The notes beneath the pieces were generated by a model. It was given only the letters and a program-made list of their open reading frames with translations, searched no databases and was not told the DNA's origin. The translations under genes were made by a program, and so were the position numbers. Shown one piece after another: positions 42,941-55,659 of a stretch of DNA of 64,000 nt (position 1 is the first letter of the stretch; each line of letters opens with the position of its first letter). This DNA comes from the human T2T-CHM13v2.0 reference genome, Homo sapiens. The stretch lies in assembly GCF_009914755.1 (NCBI RefSeq), contig NC_060937.1. One strand, written 5' to 3'.

Positions 42941-44449
42941 CTGAGGAGGGTTGAAAATGCAAACAACTTGATGGCCAAGCTGATCATTCATCAAGTTTCA
43001 AAAGGACAGTGGCATGTTTAAAACTCTCTGAACTTTGTATATTATATCATGTCATTTAATTGCTGTGCCCAAGACTTTTATTGAAATTATTCTGAACAAT
43101 AAGCATAACTCATAAGAAATATTGTGCAATATCGATTTCTGTTTGTTGATGATACCCAAAGTTGATTTTTCCCACTCATTTTTACAGCAGAGCTGATACT
43201 TCTATGTTAAATATAATTCCTAATGAAATTCTTAAGAGTATAAATATACAACAAACCATATGAAGTTATTCAATCAGATAACAAAGATCAGCAAGTAATA
43301 ATTGGTAATGTAAAGAAAAAATTATTAAACATCTACTATGTGTCAAGCATTGTCGCAAGCAAGTGCTTTTAAACACATCTCTCCTCAAGTTGATGATATT
43401 GCTGTTACCACCTTTAAGAGATGAAAACCTGAGCATCAGAGAACTGAGGTAACTCGCTCATTTTGATGCCTTTAGGAGTGCAGCAGTTGTCTGTCTCATG
43501 CCATGTCTGTACTTAAACTTCCACTCTCATCCCTTTTACTTATTTACAATCTTAGATGATTAAGTGCAAAGGAGAGTTTGCAGAACAGTTGTATCAATAT
43601 TTCTAAGTTGGAAATAAGATATGTTACTTTTAAAAGGTGAGTTGAACCTTATTCTTTATAACTAAATTTAAAGATTTATGGAGAGTACTTCAGCACCACC
43701 TATAGTCATATGATTAACTGTGATTATTTATTAGTATTATTCTTTTGATTTACCTTGCTTAGCATTTACTCCTGAGACTCATATCTGGTGTTTTTTGGTT
43801 TTGTTTTATTCTGTTTTGGTGCTTATATAGATTACTTACCTTTACCCAGAATAATCTCTAGTTTATTGCTACAGATTCTGCAGTTAACCCTGGTCAGTCT
43901 TACTGAAAATGGATAGAAGACACAAAAAGCTCTGTGTTAACACATTAACACCATTTAAAAATAATTTAATTTCTATATACTCCTAAAACCACCCTTATAT
44001 ATGAGGCTTAGCTTATTAATATATAGCCACTGGTGAAAACAAGATATAATGAGACAATTCTAAATATATGGTCTATCTCCCCATTCAGTGCCTCTCAGTG
44101 CCAAATGGTACTTCTGCTAATTATGAGCAATAAATAAGATCACTTTTTATTTTTTAAATGTTGTATTTATTAAGTGCTAGCATGAGTGTTATGTTTAGAA
44201 CTATCTCAGACTCTTCCAAGATATCTACATTATACACACAAATTTAATTCCCCTTTAATGAGACTCTACAATGTACAAAACTCTGTAGTCCATCTGTATT
44301 CATGAGAGATTTCACAGTTCTCTAGGTACTTGATCAAAGTTTTTGCACAATTAAAATAGAGCAGCAACAACAACAAAAAACCCCACATACTTGGTTAAAC
44401 TCCATTTTTTTTCCTCCATCCCAAACCTGCCAGCATTTTATCTTCACGT

Positions 44450-44890
44450 CTATCCCAAGCCCTCCCCAGCCATCTTCCTTCTTATACTCCTACAATTTAC
44501 CTAGTCACTCCAGTTAGAAACAAAGGAATTACTATTTCCTTTCTCTTCCTCATGCTAACATCTGTCATTAAGCCGTGTTGTTACCACACCCTAGTTCTAC
44601 TTGAAATTTCTTCAGTTCACTCACCCCCAGTGTATCTCCCTACCCAGGCTACCCTTCTTACTCAAAATACCCTCTCAGGTGGTCACATGTATTCTCTGTT
44701 GTCCTGTTACTCAATCACCAACAATTAGCAAGAAAGTGATCTGCTTGCGATGTAAATCAGGTCATTTCACTCTTCCAATTACAATGCACAACACTTCCAA
44801 AACAGTGTAAACTTTTAACCTTGGCCAACAAATCCTCTCTGTCACCCCTGCTAGCTCACTCTACAACCAGCCATTGAGGCATTTTCTTCT
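44450..44890 (+). mobile_element. L2 fragment, sense
   Basis: Pyrimidine-rich; ctagtcactccagttagaaac, tgtaaatcaggtcatttcactc, typical of L2. Confidence 0.55.
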
Positions 44891-47800
44891 TTTCTTTCTT
44901 AGGAAAGAGGCGTCTAGTGCTGAGACTGTTTTGTTGTTGTTGTTGTTGTTTTTGCACCAACTTATCTCCACCAGTAGTCTGCAGGCTTTGTGTGGGGAAG
45001 AAAATATTTCTGTTAATCTCCAAAGTATTCCCAATGACTAGTTTAAAAGAAAAAAAGATTGATCGAGTATTAAGACCACAGGTTAAGCAGAAGAATTTAG
45101 AGAACCTGAAGTTGATAATGGGTAAATGTTAAAGGATCTTGATCCGGTAAATGACATGATATCAAACTATTAATAATTTTTAAGCCTTAGGGTAGTTCTG
45201 TTAAAGTCAGCAGCAGATACAACATTTAATGACTATTCAAAGAACAGAATTATGTACACTTATCTAACTTACCTCAGGGAACATACAAAAATTTCAACAG
45301 TTTCATAAGACAGGCATATTTATTTTCATTTTGAATAGAGGAAATAACCATTCTAAGGTTACTAGAGCTTTTGCGTGACTAAGCCAAAATTTTAGCTTAG
45401 GATGTCTAATTCTAATTTCATAGGTATTTTTATTATTTCACAGTGGCCATAGCCCATGTGAGAAATAATGAAGTTCTAACCAGCCTAGGTGGTATTTAAG
45501 AGGGAGTCATGGGGATGATTGTATTTGGAGAATAAAGGCCTTATTAACATCTTGACTGGGAGTTGGAAACCCTTGATAGAATGATCATGTTTTTCAGTGT
45601 TAAGAACTTCCATCAGGTTTTAACAATACAGTTGGGCTGTTAAGTAGTATTGGCTGGCAAAAACAATATGCAGAGGAAACAAATGATTTAATAGAAAGGG
45701 TGGAAAGAGAATCGGGACTTTGCAAAGAATGAGTGCAATGCATTTTGAAACGTATGACTCCTTTACTTGAAATATGTGACTGCAGATGCTCAGAATATAA
45801 TGTAATCTTGAGAGAAAGATAGAAAAACTTAGGTTAGGTTTTGATTGCCTATAACTGATATTGTACTATAAAGTATATACAAAAATTACAGTAAGCTGAC
45901 ATCTTCAGGAAAATAGTGAATCAAATCAACACTGTGAAACATGAGACAAATCAGCAAAATAACAGCTTATCCTGTGAGTAAATATAATAAGGACCTCAGG
46001 TGACGCTGGTAAATATTCCTCAGGACTCAGAAACCGCCTTTCCTATTACTGTACCCAGAAGACACATTTCTAATTAAATCATTCAATTTGAATATCCAGA
46101 TAGTAGTGGGCAGTTATTTGTGAAATGCTGATTCAGTTAGTCATATATATGCACTGATTTAAAAACCATCAATTTAGGTAAGTTCACCTAAACCAATTGA
46201 GATGTGTAGAAAATAATGATAGAAATGAAAGATTTGCTGAAAGCAATAAGAAGACATCACCAAGAAAAGGAATAGCAGCAAATTACTCACATATTAAATA
46301 GTTTCTAAAGAGAGGGTAATGTGCCTCTGGAGCACGAGGTGAGATACCCTTGAATTTAAACTTATAGGAGAACCCATATTAAAATAATAAAAGTTAAAAG
46401 AACGACTCTCCAGAGGCCGGAGTTTTCCAGGTTTCTTTCTTTCATTTTCACTGAGGAAAACAACACTATGTTTCTGCTCACACTTTCCTTCTGTAATGTA
46501 CTGAGATTTTTAAAAACTAAGCTACATAGAATCCTAGAGGTTAGAAATAAATCTCCTCCTAGATTTGTTCTTATGAGATGCAATTTTGACTTTCTATACT
46601 TGATTACTAAATATATGTTGTTTTATAAGCACACATTCACATATATATAAACACACATTATTTTATTTAAACACATATATTTATATTCAGTTTAATGGCA
46701 TAAGCTTTTTAAAATTTTAAAAATTACACCTAGCCTACATCTACCAAAATATTATTAACTTCTCAAATGTACTCTAATTGTGCCTGGAAATTGTACCAGG
46801 TTGCTAGGAACTTGTCCTTAAAATTCCAAAATGTATAAACAATAGTTAATAATGCATTTTCACATAGACTTGTTAGCACACAGGTATTCAAAACCCATTA
46901 TTTATCAACCTAATTATTTATGTGTTCATATGACAATATTTCATTAACCATCATTTTTAAAATGTTGAATGTTGAAAAGAATGAAAGAAACAGATTTTTA
47001 AAGCCATGGGGCAAGTTATTGGTTTTACATTATGAGTATTATGCTTTTATGAATAGATGATAAGTATTTTACTTCACTGGTTTTAGAACTATGGTGTTAT
47101 GAATATAAATTTGTACATGCATTTCACTACATTTATTACTTACGTATCACCAGTTCATTTGAATATGCTTGATACATGTATTAGTGCCATCAATGTTTGA
47201 GTGATATGCTATCATTTTCTTCTAACATAACCAAATTTTTCTGATATCAGTTCAATAATGTCAAACTACTCAAATTCAGCTAATAATACAGCACAGTAAT
47301 TAATTTTGCCTTGGGGAATCTATCTGCATTATGAATTACTTTAAAAAGAAGTCAGATTTTTTAATTTGCTTTGGTTCAACATCATACTGAAATTGAAGTT
47401 GAGTCAATAGTGTGTTGCCATATAAATTCTTATTAAAATCTTCAAAGATAAATAGATGTGATAGATAGTAATTAGTATGTTATCTATAATTTTCTTCTAA
47501 TTTACTTGAGGGAGACTAAAACTAACTTGGTCTCTTAGTACTATAAGTAAATTCTTATAATTGTCTTTATGCTCTTAATATGTAATACCTATTAAAAATA
47601 TTGGACAAGGTAAAATCTATATAGCAATAATAATACTGACATATAAAGCATTACTGATTCTTCAAAATGCTATAAATTCTTTTGTATCTTCTCAAATATA
47701 GTTTGCATTGAGTCAACAGCTATTTGTGCCACTATATAAGGAACGAAGGTGTGAAATTATGTACAAACAAGCCTAAAGCCTAATTCCTGATCTCTTAAAG

Positions 47801-48039
47801 CTTACTTTCCCTCAGTGGATGTTTGTGTTTTTCAAAGCTTTTGGAAAAATATGTAGTTTGATATTGTGCTAGTTATGAATACCAGTCTAAAAATTATTTT
47901 AAATCTACCATATGAATATTAAATAATGGATGGGAGTTGAGTATAAAAGTTGGTTGGAATGAAAATTTATCTTACCTGTGGGTGTGTGGTTTGTGTGATG
48001 AAATTGTAATCAATTTTATATAGAATAAAAAATTGTGGA

Positions 48040-48610
48040 GTCAGATTGTGGATGGGATCCTAGAACACAAAAAGGACATACGGTAATAACTAAGGAAATC
48101 ACAGTAAAGTACGGAATTTAGGCCAGGAACAGTGGCTTTTGCCTGTAATCCCAGCCCTTTGGGAGGCCAAGGCAGGAGCATCTCCTGAAGGCAGGAGTTC
48201 AAGACCAACCTGGGCAACACAGTGAGATCCCCGTCTCTATGAAAAAATTTTCTAAAATAGCCAGGCATAGTGGCATGCACCTTTAGTCCAAACTACTCAG
48301 GAGGTTGATGCAGGAGGATCGCTTGAGCCCAGGAGTTTGAAGTTGCAGTGAGTCATGATGTTACCACTGCACTCTAGCCTGGGTGACACAGGGAGATCTC
48401 ATCTCTGAAAAAAAAAAGTGTTGAATTGAGCTAGTAATAATGTTAGTAATAATTAATAAATATTTGTTCATCAATTGTGACAAATGTACCATGCAAATAT
48501 AAGATGTCAATAATAGAGCCAACTAGTTGTGAGGTAGTTGGAACTTTCTGTAGTAACTCATTTTGTCTATAAATCTAAAACAATTCAAAAATTTTAAATT
48601 TATTTTAAAA
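48040..48610 (+). mobile_element. Ancient L1M (L1MC/L1ME) 3' end split by an Alu
   Basis: ggatcctagaacacaaaaaggaca...//...ttgtgacaaatgtacca...taagatgtcaataatag...ggaactttctgta...taaatctaaaac. Confidence 0.7.
48121..48418 (+). mobile_element. Alu (AluJ-like), sense
   Basis: ggccaggaacagtggct...gcctgtaatcccagc...cttgagcccaggagtttga...+ A tail; degenerate TSD aaagt..ga(a)tt.a. Confidence 0.92.
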
Positions 48611-50480
48611 ATTACTAATGTTAGCAGAAAAGGACTGAGACCAAATTTTGCAGAACCCTGGATGTTAACCTGAGAATTTGAACATTTTTAATGATCAGTA
48701 GGAAACCATCAAAAATATAAGGGAGAAGCATAACATAATTAATGCAGTAATTTAGGAAAGCTTTTGCAATGACTCTACAAACAAATTGTAGGAGAGCAAA
48801 GATGATATCAAAGGGGCCAGTCTGGGTCTATTTCCCATATAAAGTGATATGAACCAGAATTTATGTGGTGGTCAGTTTGAGTGGAAATATGAAGGTTTGA
48901 GGTAGTTTGCAAATAAGTAACAGCACTTGGCAATTAGATGGATATGACATCTGTAGGAGAAACAAAGTCTGTGTAATTTAGAGAAGAGATATAATATAAA
49001 AAACTAGATTTGGAGATATGAAAATAATATAAAGTTTAGACTTTAAAACTACAGTTGCTAATGGTGTTAAACTAGATAGTGGAAAATAACATATATTTGA
49101 ATTCTCAAGGCAAAGTGAAAGTTTATTTCCTCGAAATATGGCCTATGATTAAATAATTCGAAAACTTCTTGAACACTCAAGAAGGGATGCTTACAATTTT
49201 TCAGCCTAGAACGCACTGTGGTCTGTTTCACAAATCTTTTTGTTATGACTATTGTGTTTTATTTGAAATTCCAGCATTTTCTCTTAAGAACATAGTGAGC
49301 CCCATCCTTTAAATGCATAACTAAGTATTAGAAGTGAAATAGGAAGTTTCCCAACTGCCAGGCCATCACTAAATGAGTAATCTCTAATATGTATTCAGAA
49401 TGGTTAAATAATAAAAATGGCACATCGTGCAATTCTAAATTCCGTTGATAAAATGCAATTTTAGGTACTTTATTTTATTCTCATTTACATTTTTACTTTT
49501 CATTATTAAAAACAACTTTATGTTCTGTATTTCACAACTGGAAAGTAAATTACTTCTGAAACATTTAAAGAAGGGTAAATGGTTGGAATTAAGGAATTTG
49601 AAAGTGATCAGGAAAACACCAGCAATTACTTGAGAAAGAGAGAGGAGAAAGGGAATTAAAATTTATTCACAGGTGTGTGAAACAAGCTCTTTTCTTTCAA
49701 TGGAGGTTCTTAGAATGTTTTTGTAGGTGTTTTGATGTGTTCAGATTAGAAGTAGCTAGCTATTAGATTAAACACAATCTCAATCTCAATTAGATTTACA
49801 TTTGCATTATATATATTTGACTGGCTCTTGAGGTTCATTCTTTAATAATGAAGCTAACTCATTTTTTTAAAAAATCTAAAATTGTATTATCAAAGGAGTA
49901 GCTATGAAGGAGTTTGCTTGAAAAAAATTAAAAAGAAGATTTGCATTCATTATTGACCTGTACAGTGCCTTTCATTTGGATTCAGCAATTTAAAATATTA
50001 TGATTAAAATATATAAAATAACTAACTATTAAACCCCCAATTTGACCATGAATACCTGAAAGGAATAATGAAAGTTTTGTCCACACAAAAGGATGAATAG
50101 CACAAATTCTTCTATAATGATGTGTCCTCTTGTTCCCCTCTGTCACTACTGTCCAAGGCTGAAGTTGTGGAGGGAGCTCCCCCAGTGGAGCTAAGTCCTC
50201 ACACGTGGCAGATTGTCCTCCACCTTCATCAGGTTCAAACATTTTCAGGATAGTTGGACTCCTGTGAGACAATTTAGTCTAGATAAACTGTGTAGAGAGA
50301 GACTGTCAATTTGTAACACTTATAGGGCAATGAACTACTAACATCTTTGGAAATATTTTATCCAGTTAAAAAGCTTAATTCAATCATTCTCCTACCCCCC
50401 CACCCCATTTTTTTTAAAACCTTTAGAAGTCATGGGCTTCTCTCCTTCAATAACTAGTTAAAACATTTAAAAAATATTTG

Positions 50481-50652
50481 GGGCATGGTGGTGCACACCT
50501 GTAGTCCCAGCTACTCAGGAGGCTGAGATGGGAGGACTGTTTGGGTTGAGCTCAGGAGTACTAGGCTGCAGTGATCACAAGACTGCACTCCAACCCTCCA
50601 GCCTGGGTGACAGAGTGAGACCCTGTCTCAAAAATAAAATAAATATAAAAAA
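50481..50652 (+). mobile_element. Alu right-arm monomer (FRAM or truncated AluJ)
   Basis: gggcatggtggtgcacacctgtagtcccagctactcaggaggctgag...gagaccctgtctcaaaaataaaataaa. Confidence 0.88.
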
Positions 50653-51469
50653 CTTTGGGAAAAATTGTGTTTGTGTGTGTTAAGTGTGATAAAATTTCCC
50701 TTTTGGTACTAATTGACACATTGACTAAATGACAATTGACATAATTGACACATAGTAATGCAATTTAAAAAATTTTATTAGAAAAAAAGCAAGATTAATG
50801 GCTATTTTCATTAAAGCCAATCTTTCTCCTTAATTCAAATTTTGTGTTTTGATTTGTATGTGTGTGCACATGTTTGTTTTCAAATGTTTACAAACATTAA
50901 AATGTCTGTTAGGATGTATGAGTATTTGCAGAAATGCTATATATTATATCAAGGTACTTGACTGTATCATCAAATGCATAGCAGAAGATTTGAAAGATTC
51001 CACATCATTGTAATGAATGTAAGATCAGGAATTAAAATCAGTTGCAGTATTGACTCAGTAATAATACCAGCTGCAGATCTATTTTTCTGGCTAAGACCTT
51101 CCTTTACTTGGCTGTGTCTTAAATTCCGTACCCATAAATGAGAGGACCAACCTAGATTATCTCTAATTGTCTTACCACCTCATAATGCAGTGTATATACA
51201 AACATATGGAGAAGTTTTGCTATTGTATCAACCTCTACTCTAATTCCACCATTGTAGCATTGGCATCCGTACTTGAATTCCACCAATCATTTTCTTAGTA
51301 TAGAAGAGGCCATGATTAATTCTTCATGGATAATATCAATGACTAAAAATTTATTAGCGAAGAAATTCATTTGTGCTTTCGCAAAATTTTAGCATTCTTG
51401 CTGTTGCTGATGATAAAGATGATGATAATGTGTTAATTAAAAATATTTCTGAACAGCAAGATTCATTCA

Positions 51470-51780
51470 ACAACTTTTTCTGAGTACAAATGTACAAAGT
51501 ACATTGTAGAAGGGGTAGACAACAATACTTAGGGGAATATGTCATTCTAGTCAACATATGAAGGTAATGAAGAAGCACAACCAGAAGCTCCCTGGGGAAG
51601 AATTTTGAGCAGAGAAAATGACCAGTGCATTTCCTACTTGTCTGGCATATTGAATCGAAAGCACAAAGTCCAGCATGGCTGAGGGAGAAGGGGCAAGTTT
51701 GAGATTAGAGGAAGTGTCAGATAGTGAAAGGAGAATGTAGAAGAGGGATTGTATTGGACTTCATAGAAAATGGGAAGGAC
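51470..51780 (-). mobile_element. L2 fragment
   Basis: attcattcaaca...tgagtac tail followed by purine-rich L2-like body. Confidence 0.5.
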
Positions 51781-53613
51781 ACAATTCTTGGTTAATTACC
51801 TTATTGATGATGTTTGTAATCTGTTTTTAAAAAGGATAATCTAAATGAGGTTCTCTTACAGTAAAGTACCAAACATTCATGGAAATTATATATTATAATC
51901 AAATTTACATAGACCTTTAAAAATACATTGCATATTTTCTCAATAAGTATCTTTGAGTGTATTTTTCTGTATATGCATAATGCAATCGGATTTATTCCAA
52001 ATATATAATTTGTGGATTTATCTTAACACTTAGCATTATATTATAAGCAAATCCTTGACCCCTAAATTTCTTCAAAATCATTAGTCATGTTCAACTCCGT
52101 ATTCAGAACTGTGGTTGAAGAATTCTTTATTGATGCATACCTCTATTCTGGGAAAAAATAATATGTATACACATACATTTTATAATTACTTTTATAATAG
52201 GCTATTCTAATTATATTTGCAGATAATATACTGTTAAAGATACGTCTTAAAATAAGATCTCTAATTATTTTCTTAAGAAGTGGCAATAGAAGCAAAATTA
52301 TTGTTTTAAAGGATGTGAATATTTTTAAATGTTCTTGATGAAAACAATGACTCCATAGGAAGTTAAAGTAAAATTAGTAGGCTATAGATTCTTCAGAATC
52401 TTCACATAACCAGGCCAGTGTCCAAAAAGACAATTTCCTCTTAAGAAGGAAATATAATTATATTTTTATATTTCATATTAGGTTTTTAAAATCATGCATG
52501 AAAAATAATTATTTTAATATTTAGACTAGCATCCTATCCATATTCATGCTGGGTTTTTACTGTATTGTTGGCATTATTTGGGCACAAGTGTTTTTACAAA
52601 TTAGTGAAAACATATGCTTTTCATATCCTTTTATTGGAACACATCTCTAAAAGTGGCAACACAAAAAAGAAGCAGTATCAGATGAACTGGTAGAATCTAG
52701 AATAACTTTTAAGAATTACTATAATATCATCTTACTGTAATAAAGAGTGTAGGAGATTATATTCAAAGGTTCTTTATCTAATTAGAATGTAAAGAGATCA
52801 TTTAATGATGTGTAAGGGAGTTCAAGTTTTAGATAGAACAGTTTAGAAAACCTAAAATTATTGCCATAATATTCATGAGTCACTATAACTTCTTTTACCA
52901 AATTATGCAACTGAAACTAAATAAGAGAGGTGAAAACAAGGAAAATCATGAATTTCATTAGGTGAAATGGTATATTTAATGTATACTTATGATGAAAGAA
53001 TACAACTTCTCAATAAAACTGAAAATTTTCATGGGTAGAAAAATTTGATACAATGCATAATCCATAAATATAAGTCCTTTGTAGTATCATTTATGTGTGA
53101 TATAAATCATGAAATCTTTATCTCGTGCCGAGTATTGTTTTTATGATAATCTAAGCACAGCATATTCACTAATTGCATTACTCTAACTAGCTATATTGTA
53201 TGCCCTTCATTTGACAGTGTAACTGTATAACCTTTGAAAATGATAGCCCTTGTGGTTTTTAAATGCAGAATCAACATTTTGGCAGAATCATTTTACAGAC
53301 ATTTAAATTACATGCATTTGAGTTAAAAATTACAGCCTCAGAATAGTGTCAGCAATATGTATATTTTTTCTTTTACTCTTGCTCATTGGAAGTATAATAA
53401 ATTAATAATTCTTTGGTGACTACCAATTCATTAGTCAAAAGTGTTTACCAAAATTAAATATGAAGTAATTATGAAGAAATATTTAATTATTCCAGCTAAA
53501 ATTCTGTTATTAAGTGAAAGAAATAGAAAATGAAGCAAACTTTTTGTTCATTTAAAATGAACTTAATTCACTCAATACATGACCATTTTTATAGCACATA
53601 GTGAAAATATTTA

Positions 53614-53732
53614 GTAGGATGATCATATAATTTATTATTCAAAATGGCTAATTTTTGAGGGTGAAAGGGACACTTTTAAGTCTTTCACTGGGACAAATAT
53701 TTCAGGACAAATCTGAACTTATGGCCAGCCTA
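53614..53732 (+). mobile_element. MER81-like hAT-Blackjack MITE fossil
   Basis: Degenerate TIRs taggatgatcatat ... atggccagccta; internal tttgagggtgaaaggg and ctgggaca. Confidence 0.7.
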
Positions 53733-55633
53733 ATAATAGATAATTTTTTTTAAATGATGGGATAAAAACTAATCATGGAGAAGACCAAAAAAACATAAGG
53801 ACCATGGAGAGATGAAAAGTGGGGAGTAAACCAAGTATTATTCTATTTGCCTCTTTTGTGATTATTTTTTAATGTTAAAGCTTTTAACATTTACATTTTA
53901 ATTTTTAAAAAGAATGTAAGCTATTTTTGGTACTCATAGATGTAGTATGTGTACACATCAATTAAAAATTTAAAAGCTTTACATATAGCTTCACACATCT
54001 CCCCTGTGTATTTAGAAGTAGAAATGGGTAAGTTGAAAGGGAATCCATGAGAAAGAAAATTATTTAAATTTTAATTCATGGAGAAAGTGGCCTATCTAGG
54101 ATAACTTTAGTTGCTGTTAGTATGAATGTAGAGTTTCCTTACATATTTTGCCTTTGCCTAATTAATAAACACATTATTGTTATGCTGACTAATAAAGGCA
54201 CTTTATTTTTGAATTGAAGGCAAACCTATATTTGAATGCATATCAGACTGTCTTTCTATTTTGAAATTATACTAGAGCTTATTAAATTTTAATACAAGTA
54301 AACCAATTTAAGGTGACTTATGGTTTAATAAATGTCAGTGAGAACAGGAAGTTAAAATGCTTATAAAATCAGGAAGATAATTTCAACTCGATAATGTTTC
54401 ATGGGGCAGGCTGATAACATTTTCTCTTACTATTTCTTTTCATCCTCTATTTTCTGGTATCCAAACAGTGATATTTAGCATTTCATGCCTTGAATAACAG
54501 TTCTACGCTTATTATTAAATTGTCTGCAATTTTATGGATAAATAAATGAGAGAGTCTCAATTTCTTATCCATGCCCAGGAAGCATACTGGCAGTTTTTAT
54601 TTCCATACATCAATTGAATGTTACGTTAACTAACTGCTCTCTTGGTTTATCAACAGTTAATTATATCTGTATTAATTTACTTTAAAGTTTTACTTTTTAA
54701 ATATTGTAATTTGTTTGAAGTTAACTAGGCTGACATTTAGAGCTTGTATTCACAATGAAATAAGACTTTTAAAGCTTTTGTACTAAAATGAATTAAGACG
54801 TGCCATAAACTAATTCAGCTACATTTCTAGTAATTTAAATGTTTTATTCAATATATAAGAGCATCTGGGAATTTTAAAATGCTATATGTATTTCATATCC
54901 TTTTATTGGAACACACTTCTAAAGGTGGCCATGTGAAAAGAAGATGGAAAGAACACAAATTAACTTGTATTTTAATATTCACTTATTTTAGATTGAGTAT
55001 TATTTTTCTTTCATTCTTACTCTTTTCTTTTTTTAGTCACCCTTTCAAGCCTTCCCTTTCAAAGGGGAGAAGAAAAGCTTGGTTAGCTTTCCCAACTCAG
55101 CTTATAAACATAAATCTCATTTTAAATACTACCATTTTGATTAAAAAACAAATTATACATTTCATATATTATGTATTTTCAGCAGTAAGGTGAAACATAT
55201 CATAAAACCTTTGAATTTTTATTTATTTGAACTTGTTTTAGAATTAAGTTATTGTATGCCCATTTCTCTCACAAATACATAGATATAAGAAGTATAAAGA
55301 TTTTCTTTTTTTCAATTAAAGAAATAGAGACAGTGGAATTTATCAGCTTTTCCATAGCCAAAAAGAAATCCATGACTCAGCCTGGATAGGAGGTTATAGT
55401 TTTTGTACTTATCTCCAGGGATATGCCTGTTGTCAAGATTTCCACTTTCATTTATTTCCACAGTTTTCAAATACCAAGAAAGTTAGTGCTCATTGAAATA
55501 GTAAAGGTGAACACCTGAATGCAGACCAACATCTTTTTTTTTCATTTCAGTATGATAACTAATTGTGAACTGAAATAGTATTTGAGGTAAAAAAAAATTT
55601 TAAGAAACTTGGTATATTTGTTCACTTACATTC

Positions 55634-55659
55634 ATATATATATATATATATATATATAT
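55634..55659. repeat. (AT)13 microsatellite
   Basis: Directly visible. Confidence 0.93.

Noticed and set aside
43690-43710. Possible CTCF motif (cagcaccacctatagtca)
   Set aside because: Several mismatches in the core of the consensus; unsupported.
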